A stretch of DNA of 37,435 nucleotides. Source: Nitrospirota bacterium (GTDB lineage Bacteria > JACPQY01). The notes beneath the pieces are model-generated. The model was not told the DNA's origin and did not search any database. It saw only the letters and a list, made by a program, of their open reading frames with translations. Below, in pieces: positions 34,300 to 37,435 of the stretch (the first letter of the stretch is position 1; the number at the start of each line of letters is the position of its first letter). A program made the position numbers and the translations under genes. Where the stretch lies: NCBI GenBank assembly GCA_016180645.1, contig JACPAV010000031.1, forward strand, positions 1 through 37,435, read 5' to 3'.

Positions 34300-34890
34300 T
34301 TGGTCGTCACTTTACAGTGTCTGAAGGGCCAAGCTGGAGCGCAAGAGGCACGGGTCCAGGAGGCGACTCAACCCCCGAAAACTTCAGACCCTTCATCGCC
34401 CGCATCCGTGGCAGATATTCTTAGAGCGTCTAACAGAATGCGTAGGGGAGGGCCTTCAGGCCCTCCCGACAAGAGGGAGCATCTGAAGATGCTCCCCTAC
34501 TTCATCGCCCGCATCCGTCGCGGATATTCTCAAAGCCCTGAGCGATCCCACGCTCAAGGATCTCTCCAAGGATATCTCGGCAAAGGGACCGCTCAGCGAC
34601 GACGTCAATGCGCTGTTGCAGGGTCTTCCGGGCGATCTTGGGGTGCAATATCTGCATGGGATCTCCCAGAGGGACCCCGCCCCCGCGGCCGCCATTGCCA
34701 ACCGCGCCCTCATGACCCAGCTCCAGACCATCATGCGCTGGACGCAGATCCAGATGCTCTCCTCGTTCGCGCAGAACATGCAGCCGGCTCCCTGTAGCAG
34801 CGTTCCTGCGCAACCGCCGCCGCCACCCCCTCCTCCTCCGACCCTGGACGTCAAGGCGACCCTTGCAAACAACTTGGACTGCCCCGTGGT
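34300..34890 (+). pseudogene. Disrupted exported/proline-rich hypothetical gene
   Basis: Frame reads ...SSPASVADIL, is interrupted at 34422-34499, then resumes in another frame SSPASVADILKALSDP...PPPPPPPPTLDVKATL. Confidence 0.55.
34442..34500. repeat. GTAG REP doublet
   Basis: GTAGGGGAGGGCCTTCAGGCCCTCCC...GGGAGCATCTGAAGATGCTCCCCTAC; same subfamily as 1444-1500. Confidence 0.88.
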
Positions 34891-34897
34891 ATCCCCC

Positions 34898-35066
34898 GTA
34901 GCGTCCGGGTTCACCCGGACGATCTTCGCCCGCCTAAAGGCCGGCGCTACGGCCGTAACGTCCCCCGTACCATCCCCTGTAGCGTCCGGCTTCAGCCGGA
35001 CGCCTTTCGCCCGGCGAGGCCGAGTAGATCGATTCAGTCCTTGCGGCCTCGAACCGGGCGCTACAG
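34898..35066. repeat. Two GTAGCGTCCGG-type REP doublets
   Basis: 34898-34950 and 34979-35064, each GTAGCGTCCGG...CGCTAC. Confidence 0.88.
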
Positions 35067-35234
35067 AGGGGTCGGGAGGCGACTTGGCTTACGGCTCACG
35101 GCCGGCTCGCCGCTTCCGGCCTTCGCAGCCGACGGGGAGCAAGAAGCCGTGGGGACCGCGGAGCTCCCCCCCCGGAGAACCTTGGCGATTCCCGATGGAG
35201 GAGTGAGCGAATGCAAGGCGTGACGGAAGAGAGA

Positions 35235-35612
35235 CTACAGCAGCCGCAGCTTCGTGACGCGCGGATCGATGATCACGTCATCGTTCTCGAAGTCCAGCTT
35301 CATGCGCCACTTCTGGAGCGTGGCCGCTCCGATAATGACCTGCTCGGAGAGATCAGGCACAAGTATGAACTCATCGGAGAACCGGTAGCCTTGGTAGTAG
35401 AAGTCCAGTCGAACGACCTCGGTGGCCGTCAGGGTGTCGCCATTACGGGCGGTGCCGAAGACGAGAGGCTTGCGCAAGGTTGTGACCTGTTCGAGGACGC
35501 GGGCGATCTCCGGCGAAATGCACGAGTACGTTGCCCCCGAATCGAAGAGGGCCGTGGCTTCATGGCTGGCCTTGAACCCTTCAAGGGTAACGGTCTTTTG
35601 GATGACGCTCAT
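35235..35612 (-). CDS. Retropepsin-like aspartic protease
   Basis: ALFDSGATYSCI, IIGAATLQKW; start at MSVIQKT. Confidence 0.88.
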   Translation of the reverse strand: MSVIQKTVTLEGFKASHEATALFDSGATYSCISPEIARVLEQVTTLRKPLVFGTARNGDTLTATEVVRLDFYYQGYRFSDEFILVPDLSEQVIIGAATLQKWRMKLDFENDDVIIDPRVTKLRLL

Positions 35613-35689
35613 GAAGGAATGATACCACGCGTGGCCGAAGATACCACCGATCCCAACCGGCAACTGTTTTTCCCCCGACACCCTCCATG

Positions 35690-35811
35690 GTCAGCCCCGC
35701 GAGGGCGCGGGTGAGGATCGGATGAACAACCTCGTCCACCTGGTGACCCAGCCCCCGAAGGAAGGCTGCTGTCTGGATGCGGAGGTTCTGGTCGCAAAGG
35801 AGGCGCAGCAT
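35690..35811 (-). pseudogene. Truncated DUF5615/Mut7-like PIN-domain toxin
   Basis: MLRLLCDQNL...AAFLRGLGHQV matches the family N-terminus; the central acidic motifs are missing. Confidence 0.65.
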
Positions 35812-35817
35812 CCAAGG

Positions 35818-36048
35818 CTACGCGGCCGGTGCTATGAAGCGGATCTCCTCATCCTGGACGACCGAGGCGGCATAGGCGACCGCCGCGCGGATGTCCTCGT
35901 CCGACAGCTCCGGGTACCCCTGAATGATCTTCGCAACATCATAACCGCCGGCCAGAAGACTCAGGATGTTGGCAACCATGATGCGGGTTCCCCGAACGAC
36001 CGGCTTGCCGTGGCACACATTCGGGTTGATTTCGATTCGTTCTTCCGC
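35818..36048 (-). CDS. DUF433 antitoxin (start codon apparently mutated)
   Basis: ERIEINPNVCHGKPVVRGTRI...YPELSDEDIRAAVAYAA. Confidence 0.9.
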   Translation of the reverse strand, partial: AEERIEINPNVCHGKPVVRGTRIMVANILSLLAGGYDVAKIIQGYPELSDEDIRAAVAYAASVVQDEEIRFIAPAA

Positions 36049-36092
36049 TTCGCTGAAAATAGCACCACGCCCCCGGGCGGCGTGGCAAACAC

Positions 36093-36163
36093 CCGGACGC
36101 TTTTCGCCCGGCGAGGCCGAGAAGATCGACTCAGTCCTTGCGGCCTCGAACCGGGCGCTACAG
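36093..36163. repeat. 71-bp direct repeat of 34996-35066 (REP-derived)
   Basis: 68/71 identical. Confidence 0.92.
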
Positions 36164-36194
36164 CGGAAAAACAGTGATGCAACGAGGAACGGCC

Positions 36195-36617
36195 TCAGAC
36201 GATTCTGCGCCCGGAAACCGTTTCAATGATCCGCCTGGCCGTCTCCATCGCGGCCTTCACGGTGTAGGTCGTCACCAAGTCGCCCCCATGGTATCCGGAA
36301 ATGTGAATCTCGTGATACGCCGAATCCAGGGCCTGCATGAGCTTCCCGTTTCGGAAGGCCAAGTGCTTCTGAACCGCCTGCGCATAGGAATCGAACGACT
36401 TGGGCAGTTTCTTGGGGAGAACGCCTCGTTGAACGAGGGCACCCCTCAGAGCTTTGAGGATGGCGAGCCAGGCCGTTCCGAACGCTTCCTGCACGAGTTT
36501 GATCTTCTGATACCGGTCATTTTCCACCGGACAAGAGCGGAGGAATTCCCGGCTGTTCAGATAATACTCCACCGCTTCCTCGAAATACCGTTCGGCAAGA
36601 GCTTTCCCGTTCCTCAC
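36195..36617 (-). CDS. HEPN-like / DUF5618-like helical protein
   Basis: EAVEYYLNSREFL, VQEAFGTAWLAILKAL, AYHEIHISGYHGG, ARRII. Confidence 0.7.
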   Translation of the reverse strand: MRNGKALAERYFEEAVEYYLNSREFLRSCPVENDRYQKIKLVQEAFGTAWLAILKALRGALVQRGVLPKKLPKSFDSYAQAVQKHLAFRNGKLMQALDSAYHEIHISGYHGGDLVTTYTVKAAMETARRIIETVSGRRIV

Positions 36618-36756
36618 ACTCTCATCCTAACCTTCGCCCGCGGCTCCGTCCATTCACCCATTGCCGGCCAGGGACGGTGCGGTACTTGCCGAAACGAGGC
36701 AGACACAAAGTCTGCCCTTTCAACGGCGAGCGCCAGCCAGGGACGGTGCGTCCCCC

Positions 36757-36813
36757 GTAGCGTCCGGGTTTACCCGGACGTTGGGAGATCGCCCGCCTAA
36801 AGGCGGGCGCTAC
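36757..36813. repeat. GTAGCGTCCGG-type REP doublet
   Basis: GTAGCGTCCGGGTTTACCCGGACG...CGCCCGCCTAAAGGCGGGCGCTAC. Confidence 0.88.
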
Positions 36814-36830
36814 AGGGAGCACTACTCAAA

Positions 36831-37216
36831 ATGTCAGCCCTGACGCTCGAACAGGCCGCCTCGTACCAGCAAATCCTCCGGATGCAGGCGGACAATCTCG
36901 GTTACTTCAAGCCCGGTTCGGCCTACGCCCTCCTGGCCTACGCCATCGTATCGGTTGCATTCGGTTGGATCGCCTGGAAAGTCGCAACCAAGAACGAGTG
37001 GACCCGCCTCGGCTGGCTCATCTGGATTGCCGTCGAATGGGGCCTGTTCATCCCGGCTTCATACTCAACGCAGCAACAGATTCGACGTTCTTTCAGACCC
37101 TGGACAATGACCTCTGGATGGACACGATCGGCGCGGCGCTGTGCCTCGGAGTACTGGCCGCCGTGCTGTTGCGGCTCGTTCTCAAGGCCATCCTGCCCGT
37201 CTTCCGCCGAGTCTGA
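36831..37216 (+). pseudogene. Small multi-TM membrane protein with a 1-bp frameshift
   Basis: AGGGAG RBS; MSALTLEQ...WLIWIAVEWGLFI, then the other frame PGFILNAA...LAAVLLRLVLKAILPVFRRV*; shift near 37052. Confidence 0.65.
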
Positions 37217-37379
37217 CACGTCTTCGAGCGCGGCCGCGGCTCCGAACCCGTTCGGAGCCGGGCGGCAACGAGGCCGCAACCAGTCTCCTTTTCCGAGGTG
37301 GGCGCTTCGGCCTCCGAGCGCATTTCGGGGTTGTCAAATCATTAGGGTTACATCTGCCGCGGGCCGGATCCTTTTCTTC

Positions 37380-37435
37380 GTAGCGTCCGGTTTCATACCG
37401 GACGACCTCTCGCCCGATGTAAAATCGGGCGCTAC
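37380..37435. repeat. GTAGCGTCCGG-type REP doublet
   Basis: GTAGCGTCCGGTTTCATACCGGACG...CGCCCGATGTAAAATCGGGCGCTAC. Confidence 0.85.

Noticed and set aside
35067-35220. Structured ncRNA
   Set aside because: GC-rich hairpins are present but match no family I recognise; needs an Infernal/Rfam search
34898-37435. Classical integron or CRISPR
   Set aside because: No attC RYYYAAC/GTTRRRY cores and no integrase; spacing is irregular and the repeats are GTAG REPs

Overview
GC-rich bacterial chromosome segment from a diderm, flagellated organism; the gene style resembles deltaproteobacteria, which is inference only. Left part: an SDR, a broken BtuF-like binding protein, a GldA/F/G-like ABC operon with DUF4340 that carries a 286-bp GIY-YIG element bounded by inverted repeats, a double-domain ThyX-like gene, a degenerate REC-GGDEF and ispH. 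Middle: a flagellar block (FliT-like, TPR, PilZ, sensor-less kinase, sigma54 activator, sigma54-driven flgB-flgC-fliE-fliF) and an SCP2 protein. From 20.9 to 29.0 kb there is a surface-protein locus with two paralogous pairs, each a putative beta-barrel followed by a coupled lipoprotein. The two lipoproteins share an unrecognised ~95-aa N-terminal domain but carry different passengers (RCC1 vs FN3). A KaiC-like ATPase, a fibre-like protein and a frameshifted FN3 lipoprotein lie in the same locus. Right part: a secreted TldD-like protein, a B12 radical SAM, an ALDH, and a REP-punctuated stretch of small accessory/TA genes and pseudogenes. Intergenic DNA is dense with several families of palindromic mini-elements, and many genes look leaderless. 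The best novelty candidates are the barrel/lipoprotein display pairs and the GIY-YIG element that regenerates a start codon. No tRNA, rRNA or CRISPR array was seen. All family calls come from motif recognition, not database searches.
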